64,000 bases of DNA, taken from Bacteroidota bacterium (GTDB taxonomy: Bacteria; Bacteroidota; Bacteroidia; Bacteroidales; JACABE01). Of this stretch, positions 9,646-19,874 are shown piece after piece. Within the stretch, counting starts at the first letter, position 1, and each line of letters opens with the position of its first letter. Made by a program: the position numbers and the translations under genes. Where the stretch lies: positions 1,530 to 65,529 of the forward strand of contig JBAXNW010000017.1 of assembly GCA_037133555.1 (NCBI GenBank). The letters are read 5' to 3'. The notes beneath the pieces are model-generated. The model was not told the origin of the DNA. It did not search any database and saw only the letters and a program-made list of their open reading frames with translations.

Positions 9646-12600
9646 ATGATAGAAAAAATCATAAAATTTTCGATAAATAATAAACTTATTATTGGGCTTT
9701 TTGTAGTTGCGCTCATCGCTTGGGGCGTTTATTCTCTTAAAAATTTGCCCATAGATGCAGTTCCAGATATTACCAACAATCAGGTGCAAATTATTTCAAT
9801 TGCACCGACACTGGCCGCTAATGAGGTAGAGCAGTTCATTACTGCTCCAATAGAAGTTTCTGTAGCCAATATCCCCGATAAAGTAGAACTTCGCTCTATT
9901 TCGCGTTTGGGTTTATCGGTTGTAACTGTAGTTTTTAAGGACAATGTTGATATGTACTGGGCCAGGCAGCAGATTTCTGAAAGAATCAAAGAAGCGGAAG
10001 AGCTTATACCTGCAGGTGTTACAACTCCTCAGATGGCTCCGATTTCAACCGGCTTAAGCGAAATTTATCAATATGTTTTACATGTTAAACCGGGCTATGA
10101 AAAGAAATTCGATGCCATGCAGTTGCGCACGATACAGGACTGGATTGTACGTCGTGAAATGCTTGGAACGCCTGGCGTAGCTGACGTAAACAGTTATGGT
10201 GGCTTCCTTCAGCAATATGAAGTCTCGGTGAATCCTGAGCAGTTAAAAGCAATGGATATTAGCTTACCAGAGATATTTCAAGCACTTTCCAAAAACAATC
10301 AAAATACAGGAAGTGCCTATATCGATAAAAAACCCCAGGCTTATTTTATCAGAGGTATTGGTTTGGTAACATCCATAGACGATATTGAAAACATTGTCGT
10401 AAAAACAACCCACGAAGGTTTGCCTGTTTTAATCAGTGACGTTGCAAAAGTGCAATTCGGCAGTGCGCCACGTTACGGTGCTTTTATTGTGGATACTACC
10501 GGCGAAGCTGTTGGGGGAGTGGTGATGATGCTCAAAGGCAAGAATGCTTCAGAAGTAATAGATGGTGTAAAAGAAAGAATCAAACTCATAGCTAAATCAT
10601 TACCGGAAGGTGTTGAAATTGATGCTTTTTACGACCGTACCGAATTGGTGGACCGTGCTGTAGGTACTGTGTCCAGAAATCTGATTGAGGGTGGTTTAAT
10701 CGTAATTTTTATTTTGGTACTCTTGTTGGGTAATTTAAGGGCTGGTCTCATAGTGGCTTCTGTGATACCTTTGTCCATGCTTTTTGCCATTTCACTGATG
10801 AAGTTGTTTGGTGTTTCAGGCAATTTAATGAGTCTGGGTGCCATTGACTTTGGATTGATCGTTGATGGGGCTGTTATTATTGTGGAAAGCGTGGTACATC
10901 GGATCACGCAAAGCAAAACCCATCATACCGGGATTAAAATGCTAAGCCGTAAGCAAATGGATAGCGAAGTCTTTAATTCAGCCAAAAGAATGATGACATC
11001 CGCAACTTTCGGCCAGGTAATCATCCTTATTGTTTATTTACCTATTTTGGCACTGGTTGGCATCGAAGGTAAAATGTTTCGTCCAATGGCTGAAACCGTA
11101 GGTTTTGCAATATTGGGTGCATTGATACTTTCACTTACTTACGTTCCTGTTGCTTCCGCTTTGTTCCTCAGCAGAAAAACAGCATATAAACCCACATTCT
11201 CTGACAAAATCATGAGAGGGCTTCACAAAGCTTTCGATCCTTTGCTGGATTTCTCATTAAAGCATAAAATTTCGGTTATTTCAACTTCAGTCATCCTCTT
11301 TCTTTCGAGCCTCATATTGTTTAATTCCCTCGGTGGTGAATTTATCCCTACTTTAGAGGAAGGAGACCTTGCAGCAGGCGTTATGACCCTTCAGGGTGGT
11401 TCTTTGTCCAACACCATTGAAACGGTCGAAAAAGCCAATAAGATATTAATGTCAAAGTTTCCTGAAATAGAACATGCCATCTGCAAAATAGGCACTGGGG
11501 AAATACCAACCGATCCTACGCCCATGGAAACCGGCGATTACATCTTTGTCATGAAAGACAAAAAAGAATGGCGCAATGCCAGCAGTCGTGAAGAAATGAT
11601 GGAAAAAATGCAGTCAGAATTATCTGTACTAAAAGGAGTGGTATTTACCCTTCAACAGCCTATTCAGATGCGTTTCAACGAATTGATGACGGGTTCCAAG
11701 CAAGATGTTGCCGTGAAAATTTTTGGTGATAATTTGACAACCCTGGCTTCCAATGCAGATGAAGTTGAAAAGCTCATTGCAAATGTTGCGGGAGTGGAGG
11801 AGATCAATGTCGAAAAAGTTACAGGTTCAGGACAGGTTCAGATCAATTATGACCGCAAAAAAATCGCACAATATGGATTAAATATCGAAGACATCAATCT
11901 GTTGTTGAAGACTGCATTTGCCGGGAGCAGCGCAGGAGTGGTGTATGACGAAGAAAAAAGATTCGATCTGGTAGTGCGTTTTAATAAAGATTTTAGGAAC
12001 GATATAGGCTTTATAAAAAACCTTTACATCCCTTTACCGAATGGCAATCAGATTTCATTGGATCAGGTGGCCAGTGTTGAAATTAAATCAGGTACGGCCC
12101 AGGTGAGCCGCGAAAGCACCAAACGAAGAATTACCGTTAGTTTTAATGTCCGCAACCGGGATGTACAGTCGGTAATCAAAGAAATTCGAACTAAATTGGA
12201 TGCTGGCTTAAAGCTTACTCCCGGATATTATATTACTTATGGGGGGCAGTTCGAAAATCTTGTAGCTGCTAACAAAAGGTTGTCGATAGCGGTACCGATA
12301 GCCTTGTTGTTGATATTCATACTTTTATTCTTTGCTTTCAGATCATTCAAACAAACCCTTCTCATTTATTCGGCGGTGCCGCTTTCGTTGATCGGTGGCA
12401 TTTTGGCATTGTACCTCAGAGGGATGAATTTCAGTATTTCAGCGGGTGTAGGCTTCATTGCTTTATTCGGTGTTGCCGTGCTGAATGGCATAGTGCTGAT
12501 AGCCGAATTTAACCGTTTGGAGAAAGAAGAAGAAATGACAGATATTTATGAAAGGGTTAAGCAAGGTATCAAATCACGCTTCCGTCCTGTGCTTATGACA

Positions 12601-14010
12601 GCAGCTGTTGCATCATTGGGCTTTTTACCGATGGCCTTGTCTTCCTCTGCCGGAGCAGAAGTTCAGAAACCCTTGGCAACAGTTGTAATTGGTGGCCTTA
12701 TTTCAGCAACCCTATTGACATTGATTGTACTGCCCGTACTTTATGTCCTCTTTTCAGGAAAACGACGAAATAAAAAGCTTAATCTTCCAACAACTACCTT
12801 AATGCTTTTGTTGTTTTTAGTTTTAGGTTTTCAACAAACTGCGAAATCACAATCAATACAAACTCCAATCTACACTTTAGATCAGGCGATACATCAAGCA
12901 TTGGTTAATAACGGCGCTGTTAAATCGGCGACTTTACAGCTCGAATACCAGCAAAAGCTTAAAACGGCAAGCTGGGAATATCAAAATACGAATCTGGAAT
13001 ATGTTTATGGACAGACCAATTCTTATGCAAAAGATCAAAACTTTACAATTTCTCAGCCCTTACCCTCTGTTTTTCAGAATATCGCTCGTTCAAAGCTAGC
13101 CGGGGCATTTGTAAAAAGTGCAGAATTTGGTGTTTCGCTTTCAAAAGCCGAAATCGTCAGCGAGGTAAAAACAGTTTATTTTCAACGCTTGTACAATTTC
13201 TCAAAGCTGAAATTACTCATTTACCAGGATTCACTTTCTATGAGTTTATTGAAAGCTGCTGAATTGAAAACTTCAAAAGGTGAAAGTCCTTTACTCGAAA
13301 AGGTAAGTGCTGAGAGCCGTTCAATGGAGATTAAAATGCTGATCAATCAATTAAAATCGGATGTCATCATCTGTTCTGAAAAGCTTCAAGTACTGATGAA
13401 TACCAAGGCTCCGGTTCAGATTGCTGATACCGCCTTGTATAAACTTGATTTTAGCTTTATTTTTGATAGTTCAGCCGTTAATATGAATCCTTCATTGGCG
13501 ATGATGAAACAGCAGTTAATTATCAGCGAACGTGAAACCCAACTGGAAAAAATGAAGTTTATACCTGATTTTTCTGTCGGCTATTTCAATCAGTCCAATA
13601 AAGAGCTCAACAGCGACTATCGTTTTACAGGCGTTCAGATTGCTGCTTCCATACCGATTTTATTCTTTTCTCAATCTGCCAAAATACAGTCAGCTAAAGT
13701 CAACCAACAAATTGCACAAACAAATTATGAGTACTACTGTGCATCAACTAAGGGTGAACTTAATATGCTTCTACAGGAATACCAGAAGTTAAAGGCCAGT
13801 ATTGATTATTACGAGAAGAATGCAATCAGGCAATCCGATTTGATGATAAAACATTCAGGTAAGAGTTACAGATCAGGAGATATTAATTACCTGGAATATG
13901 TGTTGATACTTGATAAAGCCCTTGAAATCAAATCGGCCTATTTACTAACGATGTTGCAGTTCAACCAATCCATCATCGCCATTGAAAAATTGTCAGGTAA
14001 AATAAAATAA
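9646..14010 (+). CDS. czcA: CusA/CzcA-family heavy-metal RND pump fused to a C-terminal TolC-like outer membrane factor
   Basis: LPIDAVPDITNNQVQI, MSLGAIDFGLIVDGAVIIVE, RPVLMTA..ASLGFLPMA, GAEVQKPLATVVIGG; extra ~400-aa OMF-like C-terminus. Confidence 0.93.
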   Translation: MIEKIIKFSINNKLIIGLFVVALIAWGVYSLKNLPIDAVPDITNNQVQIISIAPTLAANEVEQFITAPIEVSVANIPDKVELRSISRLGLSVVTVVFKDNVDMYWARQQISERIKEAEELIPAGVTTPQMAPISTGLSEIYQYVLHVKPGYEKKFDAMQLRTIQDWIVRREMLGTPGVADVNSYGGFLQQYEVSVNPEQLKAMDISLPEIFQALSKNNQNTGSAYIDKKPQAYFIRGIGLVTSIDDIENIVVKTTHEGLPVLISDVAKVQFGSAPRYGAFIVDTTGEAVGGVVMMLKGKNASEVIDGVKERIKLIAKSLPEGVEIDAFYDRTELVDRAVGTVSRNLIEGGLIVIFILVLLLGNLRAGLIVASVIPLSMLFAISLMKLFGVSGNLMSLGAIDFGLIVDGAVIIVESVVHRITQSKTHHTGIKMLSRKQMDSEVFNSAKRMMTSATFGQVIILIVYLPILALVGIEGKMFRPMAETVGFAILGALILSLTYVPVASALFLSRKTAYKPTFSDKIMRGLHKAFDPLLDFSLKHKISVISTSVILFLSSLILFNSLGGEFIPTLEEGDLAAGVMTLQGGSLSNTIETVEKANKILMSKFPEIEHAICKIGTGEIPTDPTPMETGDYIFVMKDKKEWRNASSREEMMEKMQSELSVLKGVVFTLQQPIQMRFNELMTGSKQDVAVKIFGDNLTTLASNADEVEKLIANVAGVEEINVEKVTGSGQVQINYDRKKIAQYGLNIEDINLLLKTAFAGSSAGVVYDEEKRFDLVVRFNKDFRNDIGFIKNLYIPLPNGNQISLDQVASVEIKSGTAQVSRESTKRRITVSFNVRNRDVQSVIKEIRTKLDAGLKLTPGYYITYGGQFENLVAANKRLSIAVPIALLLIFILLFFAFRSFKQTLLIYSAVPLSLIGGILALYLRGMNFSISAGVGFIALFGVAVLNGIVLIAEFNRLEKEEEMTDIYERVKQGIKSRFRPVLMTAAVASLGFLPMALSSSAGAEVQKPLATVVIGGLISATLLTLIVLPVLYVLFSGKRRNKKLNLPTTTLMLLLFLVLGFQQTAKSQSIQTPIYTLDQAIHQALVNNGAVKSATLQLEYQQKLKTASWEYQNTNLEYVYGQTNSYAKDQNFTISQPLPSVFQNIARSKLAGAFVKSAEFGVSLSKAEIVSEVKTVYFQRLYNFSKLKLLIYQDSLSMSLLKAAELKTSKGESPLLEKVSAESRSMEIKMLINQLKSDVIICSEKLQVLMNTKAPVQIADTALYKLDFSFIFDSSAVNMNPSLAMMKQQLIISERETQLEKMKFIPDFSVGYFNQSNKELNSDYRFTGVQIAASIPILFFSQSAKIQSAKVNQQIAQTNYEYYCASTKGELNMLLQEYQKLKASIDYYEKNAIRQSDLMIKHSGKSYRSGDINYLEYVLILDKALEIKSAYLLTMLQFNQSIIAIEKLSGKIK

Positions 14011-14022
14011 ACGCTTGCAATA

Positions 14023-14055
14023 AACGCTGAAAGGGTTCAAAGGCCTGTCAGCGTT
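14023..14055. repeat. REP-like palindrome (CTGACAGG/CCTGTCAG family)
   Basis: AACGCTGAAAGG..CCTGTCAGCGTT; related copy at 61140-61171. Confidence 0.6.
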
Positions 14056-14084
14056 ACTATAATAATAAATAAAAAACATAAATC

Positions 14085-14753
14085 ATGAACCCCAACGGAA
14101 TAGATCAATCTCAAAAGAAAAGCTTGTTGAAACTGGCTTTTGGCTTAGGTGTTTTTACCATTGTTTATAACATCATCGAAGGTATGGTTTCAACCTATTT
14201 CGGATATGTGGATGAAACATTGACCTTGTTCGGATTTGGTGTAGATAGCTTTATCGAAGCCCTTTCAGCCATCGGTATCCTCAATATGATTGTTCTGATC
14301 AGAAACAATGCTTATCAAACAACTTCAAATTTTGAAAAAACAGCATTGAGGATTACAGGCTATTCGTTCTATATATTGTCAGTAGGACTTGTTGTTTCAG
14401 CTGCAATTAACTTTTTTACCGCCAGTAAGCCCCATACTACGCTGTGGGGAATTTATATTTCCTTAATTTCTATCGCAATTATGCTGGTGCTGGCTGTATG
14501 GAAATTTCGGATTGGTAAAAAATTAAATTCAGATCCTATTGTTGCTGATGCAAAATGCAGCGTTGTATGTATTTATATGTCTATCGTCTTATTATTGGCA
14601 AGTAGTATCTATGAATTAACTCATTTTGCCTATATCGACATCATTGGATCCTTAGGCCTGGCATTCTTTTCATTGAGGGAAGGAAAAGAATGTTTCGAAA
14701 AAATTAAAACTGGGAAACAATGTGCATGCGGTAATGATAAAAAATGTAAATAA
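14085..14753 (+). CDS. Cation diffusion facilitator-like transporter (TM domain only) with Cys-rich tail
   Basis: YNIIEG, FGFGVDSFIE, IVADAKC motifs; about 6 TM; C-terminal CACGNDKKC. Confidence 0.8.
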   Translation: MNPNGIDQSQKKSLLKLAFGLGVFTIVYNIIEGMVSTYFGYVDETLTLFGFGVDSFIEALSAIGILNMIVLIRNNAYQTTSNFEKTALRITGYSFYILSVGLVVSAAINFFTASKPHTTLWGIYISLISIAIMLVLAVWKFRIGKKLNSDPIVADAKCSVVCIYMSIVLLLASSIYELTHFAYIDIIGSLGLAFFSLREGKECFEKIKTGKQCACGNDKKCK

Positions 14754-14779
14754 AATATGAATCTTTAAAATCTTTGATA

Positions 14780-15949
14780 ATGAAAACAAAAATACTAATC
14801 TTATCCATCTTATTAAGCCTGACAGTGATCAGTTGCAAAAATAAAAACGAAGCCACTGAAGAACATGAGGTGTTACCTCCAAATACCGTTGAAATGAACG
14901 ATGCTCAAACTAAATCTGCCGGCATTGAAATGGGTGATTTTGAACAAAAAAAACTGAGCAGTGAGCTCAATGTAAATGGCCTGGTAAATGTTTTGCCTCA
15001 GGATCTGGTTTCCATCTCTGCCATCATGGGTGGATTTATTAAAAAGATAGCCTTGGTGCAGGGGAGTCCTGTTGCGAAAGGCGAAGTGATAGCTGTGATT
15101 GAAAATCCCGATTTTATCGAATTACAGCAGAACTATCTCGAAAGCAAATCAAAGCTTGAATACGCCGAAGCCGAACACAATCGGCAGCATGAGCTGAACA
15201 ATGAAAATGTAAATGCTGCCAAAACCTATCAATTGGCTGTATCTGAATACCGAAGCCTGCAATCGAAAGTGTATGCCCTTGAACAGAAATTAAAAATGAT
15301 AGGTATGGATGCCAAAAAGCTGAAGGTTGAAAATATTTCAGGTTCACTTTCCATTGTTTCGCCCATCAACGGTTATGTAAAAACAATCAATGTAAATGTA
15401 GGCAAATATGTAAATTCTACCGATGTTATCTTAGAGATAGTGAATACCCAAAACTTAAGCCTGGAGCTTAGCATTTTTGAGAAAGATATTGATAAAGTCA
15501 GCATTGGACAGAAAATAAGCTTTACGATTCCAACAAAACCTGAAAATATACAGCATGCGGTGATTTATCAGGTTGGTAAAGCCATTAATGCCGATAAAAC
15601 CATCAAGGTATATGCCAATGTTGATCATGAAATTAAGACCTTAATGCCGGGTATGTATGTAAATGCCATCATCTCTACAAAAGACGATGCAGTGACGGCC
15701 CTGCCCGATGAAGCAGTACTTTCTTTTGAAGACAAGAATTATATTTTTATCTTTTTCGAGAAAAAGAAAGAAGGTGATAAATTCGTGAGCTTGTATAAAT
15801 TGATAGAAGTAAAAAAAGGCATTTCGGACGATGGCTTTACGGAAGTTATTTTACCCAAGGATTTTGATAAAATAAAAAACAAAATTGTAATCAAAGGAGC
15901 GTATAACTTGCTTTCGGCCATGAAGAATGCTGGGGATATGGCGTGTTAG
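14780..15949 (+). CDS. czcB: RND periplasmic adaptor (CzcB-like lipoprotein)
   Basis: Lipobox VISC; G..V.KG and SPINGYV lipoyl-like halves; LMPGMYV. Confidence 0.88.
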   Translation: MKTKILILSILLSLTVISCKNKNEATEEHEVLPPNTVEMNDAQTKSAGIEMGDFEQKKLSSELNVNGLVNVLPQDLVSISAIMGGFIKKIALVQGSPVAKGEVIAVIENPDFIELQQNYLESKSKLEYAEAEHNRQHELNNENVNAAKTYQLAVSEYRSLQSKVYALEQKLKMIGMDAKKLKVENISGSLSIVSPINGYVKTINVNVGKYVNSTDVILEIVNTQNLSLELSIFEKDIDKVSIGQKISFTIPTKPENIQHAVIYQVGKAINADKTIKVYANVDHEIKTLMPGMYVNAIISTKDDAVTALPDEAVLSFEDKNYIFIFFEKKKEGDKFVSLYKLIEVKKGISDDGFTEVILPKDFDKIKNKIVIKGAYNLLSAMKNAGDMAC

Positions 15950-16320
15950 GGAATTAGGAATTAGGAATGATGAATTGTGAAAATTTGAAGGTTTAATAAT
16001 TTAGGAAGGGTTTTAGTTGTATAAAATAAATTTTTAAATAGAATAATACTTTAAATCCGGATTGAATTATTGCATACATTTGCTGATTATTAGAATACCT
16101 GATTTGCTTCAAAATATTGAAAAGCCTTAGCTTTTTTTCCTGCTAAAGTAATCTCGCAAATTAATTATACAACAGTAATCATAAGTTATAAAACTCACGC
16201 TATGGCGTGGGCTTTACTTATTTGTTGTGTGGGTTTCGCGAGAACCTCTTTAGCAAATTTAGTTTAGTTTCCACGCCTTTCTTTTTTCACACGCTACAAG
16301 ATAAAAAAAAACTAAAAAAC

Positions 16321-19017
16321 ATGAAAAAAATTTTCTTTTTAACGATTGCATTATTGATAGTAAATATTGCGAATGCACAATGGCAAAAAATGGATGGTCC
16401 TTATACAGGTTTACCAATGTATTGCATAACTGCAAACGCAGGAAATGTATATGCTGGTTCAAATTATGGGGTTTATAAAACCTCAAACAATGGCCAAAGT
16501 TGGGATTCAATTGGTCTAACAAATTCAATGGTAACTGCACTTTTAGTAAACGGAAGCAATATTTATGCAGGTACTACAAATAAATTATATTTATCAAGCA
16601 ATAACGGCATTAATTGGAGCAGTTTAGGAATGAATACCAAAGTAAATTCTATCCTTATAAGCAGCAACCGTTTATTTGTAGGCACACCTTATGGAATATA
16701 TATGACAACAAATAATGGCGTGAATTGGGCTCCAAAAGATACCGGGATATCACAAAAAAACATTACCTCTATGGCTATATGCGGAACTAAAATGTATGCA
16801 GGAACTTATGATAAAGGCGTGTATGTCTCAGTTAATTATGGAAGTAGCTGGTCGGTAGATACGAATGGTCTTTATGATTTAAATATTAATACTTTAACTG
16901 TAAATGGCAATGACATATTTGCCGCTACCATTAATGGATTGTTTCATCAATCAGTAAATGGAACAAGCTGGATAGCTGACACAGCAGGATTGACGAATAA
17001 GTACATAAGTTCTGTTGCTGTCAGCAGCGATAGTAGCATATATGCAGGTACTAAAGCAGGTTTATTTATTTCAAGAAACTATGGAATAAATTGGATGGCT
17101 GATACTTCAGGCATAAAAAAAAATTATAACACGAATCTTTATACCATTGCAATAAGCGATACCAATATTTTTTTGAATTATCACAATACAAATTCTGATG
17201 AAGGAAGTCTTTTCCTTTCTACAAATAAGGGAAATTCTTGGAATTCGATAAATAAGAATATAGTTAAACCGCGTATTTATAAATTGTACAAAAAAGCGAA
17301 TGTTCTATTTGCTGGTAGCAGAGTGGATGGTTTGTATAAATCAACAGATGAAGGGCAAAGCTGGACTTCGGCAAATAATGGAATGCCATTAATTAATGAA
17401 ATAAGAACAATTTTGTCATCCGGAAATAATATTTATCTGGCAACATCGAATGGTGTATTCACTTCAGCAAACGATGGGATTAGCTGGACTGCATTAAATA
17501 ATGGCTTACCTGAATTATTTGCAACATCATTGAGTATTAGCGGAAATAACTTTTATGTTGGATTAAGTTCTTCAGGTGTTTATAAATCAACAAATAACGG
17601 GATTAATTGGTCTCTTAGTGGATTGTCAAATACCAATATGTTATCATCCGCCGCTTCAGGCACGACCGTTTATGCTGGTAGTCAAGGTATTGCTATTTAT
17701 AGATCATCAAACAGTGGAGGAAGTTGGTCACAATGGGGTAATGGGATTAATTCTAGTGTTGTTGAAAGAATATCAATATTTGGCAGCAATGTTTTTGCCT
17801 TTTCTGTTGGAACCCTTTATAAATCCAATATATTATATAACGGTTGGAATATGGTAAGTTCAGCTTTTGCAGGTTCCGATTTTGCTGATATAGTGTATGA
17901 AAACAATATCCATTATGCACCTTCTCAAGATGGTAGAATTTTTTTCAGTAGAAATGCTACAGTCAGTTGGGATTCTATCAAACCTAACAATACGATTAAT
18001 ATAGCTTCGTGTATAGTTAAAGATTCAAACTTCTTTTATGCAGGATGTGTTGGTACATATACTAACACTGGCGGACTTTGGCGGTTTTCTTTAAAAGACA
18101 CTATTACAGCTTCTGCCAACCCAGTAAATGCAGGAACTACTTCAGGAAGTGGTGTCTATAATATAACGGATAGCTGTTCTGTTAATGCTCACTCGAATGC
18201 TGCTTATACTTTTGTAAACTGGACTGAGAATGCTGTTGTGGTGAGTACTGATTCAATTTATAAGTTTATTGTAAAAGCAAAAAGGAATCTTATAGCCAAT
18301 TTTATACCAATGCAATTTACAGTTACAACAACATCAAACCCTACAAATGCAGGTACAACTATTGGTTCAGGCACTTACAATATAAACCAAAGCTGTACAG
18401 TAAAAGCGAGCGCAAATTTGGGTTTTGCCTTTGTTAATTGGACGGAAAATAGCAATATAGTGTCTACAGATACAAATTATATTTTTACCATTACGGCAAA
18501 CAGAAATTTGCAGGCTAATTTTACGCCCAATCAATTTAGCATCACAACATCCGTCTATCCTTTATTAGGAGGGAGTACTACAGGAAGTGGCTTCTACAAC
18601 ATCAATCAATCTTGTTTATTAAAAGCTATACATGCTCCAAATTACAATTTCACTAACTGGACAGAAAATGCGAATGTAGTTAGTGTAGATTCTAATTATA
18701 GCTTTACAGTTATAGCAAACAGAAACCTGATTGCTAATTTTAGCTTAATTCTGGGAATATCCGGTAATTCTATCAGTAATTCAATAAATATTTATCCAAA
18801 TCCAGCCAAAGACAATCTGGTAATTGAATTACATAAAGCTGAAAATTTGAACAAGACTTGCATCACTATTTACAATATACAGGGCAAAGAGATGAAAAAG
18901 TTCAGCCTAAGTCATTCCAAAACGGAGATTGATATCAGCGATTTTGCTACTGGTCTTTATGTTGTCAAAGTGATGAATGAAACTGAATCCTTGCTGAGAA
19001 AATTCTTTAAGGAATAG
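16321..19017 (+). CDS. T9SS-secreted surface protein: BNR/Asp-box-like propellers, 3 InlB-B/Flg_new-like repeats, type A CTD
   Basis: Signal ANA-Q; many S.N.G..W repeats; three ~75-aa (F.NWTEN..VS.D..Y.F..A.RNL.ANF) repeats; IYPNPA...GLYVVKV...KFFKE CTD. ATG 16321 preferred. Confidence 0.88.
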   Translation: MKKIFFLTIALLIVNIANAQWQKMDGPYTGLPMYCITANAGNVYAGSNYGVYKTSNNGQSWDSIGLTNSMVTALLVNGSNIYAGTTNKLYLSSNNGINWSSLGMNTKVNSILISSNRLFVGTPYGIYMTTNNGVNWAPKDTGISQKNITSMAICGTKMYAGTYDKGVYVSVNYGSSWSVDTNGLYDLNINTLTVNGNDIFAATINGLFHQSVNGTSWIADTAGLTNKYISSVAVSSDSSIYAGTKAGLFISRNYGINWMADTSGIKKNYNTNLYTIAISDTNIFLNYHNTNSDEGSLFLSTNKGNSWNSINKNIVKPRIYKLYKKANVLFAGSRVDGLYKSTDEGQSWTSANNGMPLINEIRTILSSGNNIYLATSNGVFTSANDGISWTALNNGLPELFATSLSISGNNFYVGLSSSGVYKSTNNGINWSLSGLSNTNMLSSAASGTTVYAGSQGIAIYRSSNSGGSWSQWGNGINSSVVERISIFGSNVFAFSVGTLYKSNILYNGWNMVSSAFAGSDFADIVYENNIHYAPSQDGRIFFSRNATVSWDSIKPNNTINIASCIVKDSNFFYAGCVGTYTNTGGLWRFSLKDTITASANPVNAGTTSGSGVYNITDSCSVNAHSNAAYTFVNWTENAVVVSTDSIYKFIVKAKRNLIANFIPMQFTVTTTSNPTNAGTTIGSGTYNINQSCTVKASANLGFAFVNWTENSNIVSTDTNYIFTITANRNLQANFTPNQFSITTSVYPLLGGSTTGSGFYNINQSCLLKAIHAPNYNFTNWTENANVVSVDSNYSFTVIANRNLIANFSLILGISGNSISNSINIYPNPAKDNLVIELHKAENLNKTCITIYNIQGKEMKKFSLSHSKTEIDISDFATGLYVVKVMNETESLLRKFFKE

Positions 19018-19054
19018 CTTATTTCTCAAGAGGCTGTCTCATATGCTCTCCGCC

Positions 19055-19183
19055 GTTTAGTGTAAGTTTTCTGCCATTTAGTGAATGCTTTACGTTGTTT
19101 AGTGAATACTTTACGCCATTTAGTGAATCGCTTACGCCATTTAGTGAATCGTTTACGCCTGCATAATGCTTACACTGAATTGG
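19055..19183. repeat. 21-bp tandem array (5 units) plus one partial inverted unit
   Basis: Consensus RTTTAGTGAATnnTTTACGCC at 19055, 19076, 19097, 19118, 19139; inverted GCTTACACTGAATTGG at 19168-19183. Confidence 0.85.
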
Positions 19184-19286
19184 GATTAGTATTAATTAAA
19201 AGCCTTAAAAGCTTTATAATACGAGTAATGAGATTACAGCGGTTATAAATTATGTTACTGAACTGATTATTTAAATAATAATTTTT

Positions 19287-19476
19287 AATTTATTGGGTGT
19301 TAAAAATATGTATATTTGTATAAATATAAGCAATGAAATTTACATCTCAACACATAGGAAATATCAGATGTTTTTATACCACAGAGAAAACTGAGATAAA
19401 ACTAAATTTTCTCAGTGCATCTCAATGATCTCTGTGTCTCTGTGGTTTTATTTTTTTTGCATTATCTTAAAAAAGA
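19287..19476 (+). repeat. ~190-bp direct repeat, copy 1 (hairpin-containing)
   Basis: Aligns along its length with 21941-22128; nested inverted repeats ACCACAGAG/CTCTGTGGT and ACTGAGA/TCTCAGT. Confidence 0.88.
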
Positions 19477-19567
19477 AGCATTATCATCAAATTGGAGGAA
19501 GAATTGAGTATGGTGGCTGAAGATAAAGCAGAATATGAAACAGAGGAAAACCAAAATTAAAAAATGA

Positions 19568-19705
19568 ACGAGCAAGCAAAAATATCCAAATAACAACTTT
19601 ATAAAAGATAAAATTAGGCAACAACTTCAAATTTTAAGGGACAAAAGAATTATTGAATTTACAACACGTGGTAACTATAAAAAAATAGGATATGGAAACA
19701 TTTAA
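19568..19705 (+). pseudogene. dpnC: 3' fragment of DpnI-type (GmATC-specific) restriction endonuclease, winged-helix end
   Basis: Manual translation KYPNNNFIKDKIRQQLQILRDKRIIEFTTRGNYKKI closely matches the recalled DpnI C-terminus; in-frame stop just upstream and no start. Confidence 0.8.
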
Positions 19706-19862
19706 AATTGAAATAAAAGAAACGTTATTTAAAATTATTGAAATTGAATCAAATTCTGTTGAAGCTGCCATCCTTGAAGTTGAAAAGCTTTATAAATCAG
19801 AAGAAATTGTTTTAGACTGGAATGATTATGTAGATACTGAAATTTTACAACTAAATTCTTAG
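19692..19862 (+). CDS. dpnD: DpnD/PcfM-like small protein (56 aa, not in ORF track)
   Basis: METFKIEIKETLFKIIEIESNSVEAAILEVEKLYKSEEIVLDWNDYVDTEI; overlaps the dpnC fragment end as in dpnCD. Confidence 0.8.
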   Translation: METFKIEIKETLFKIIEIESNSVEAAILEVEKLYKSEEIVLDWNDYVDTEILQLNS

Positions 19863-19874
19863 AAATCAAATAAA

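Noticed and set aside
16207-16320. Upstream-extended starts in the track (also 1963, 3976, 22209, 25857, 61708)
   Set aside because: Downstream starts fit signal peptides, paralog alignment or promoter position better
19055-19159. CRISPR array (also considered for 61206-61435)
   Set aside because: Units are contiguous with no unique spacers, and there are no cas genes
19333-19428. 31-aa ORF (MKFTSQ...FLSASQ) open in both direct-repeat copies (second at 21986-22081)
   Set aside because: Between copies, 8 codons differ non-synonymously and 1 synonymously, arguing against protein-level selection
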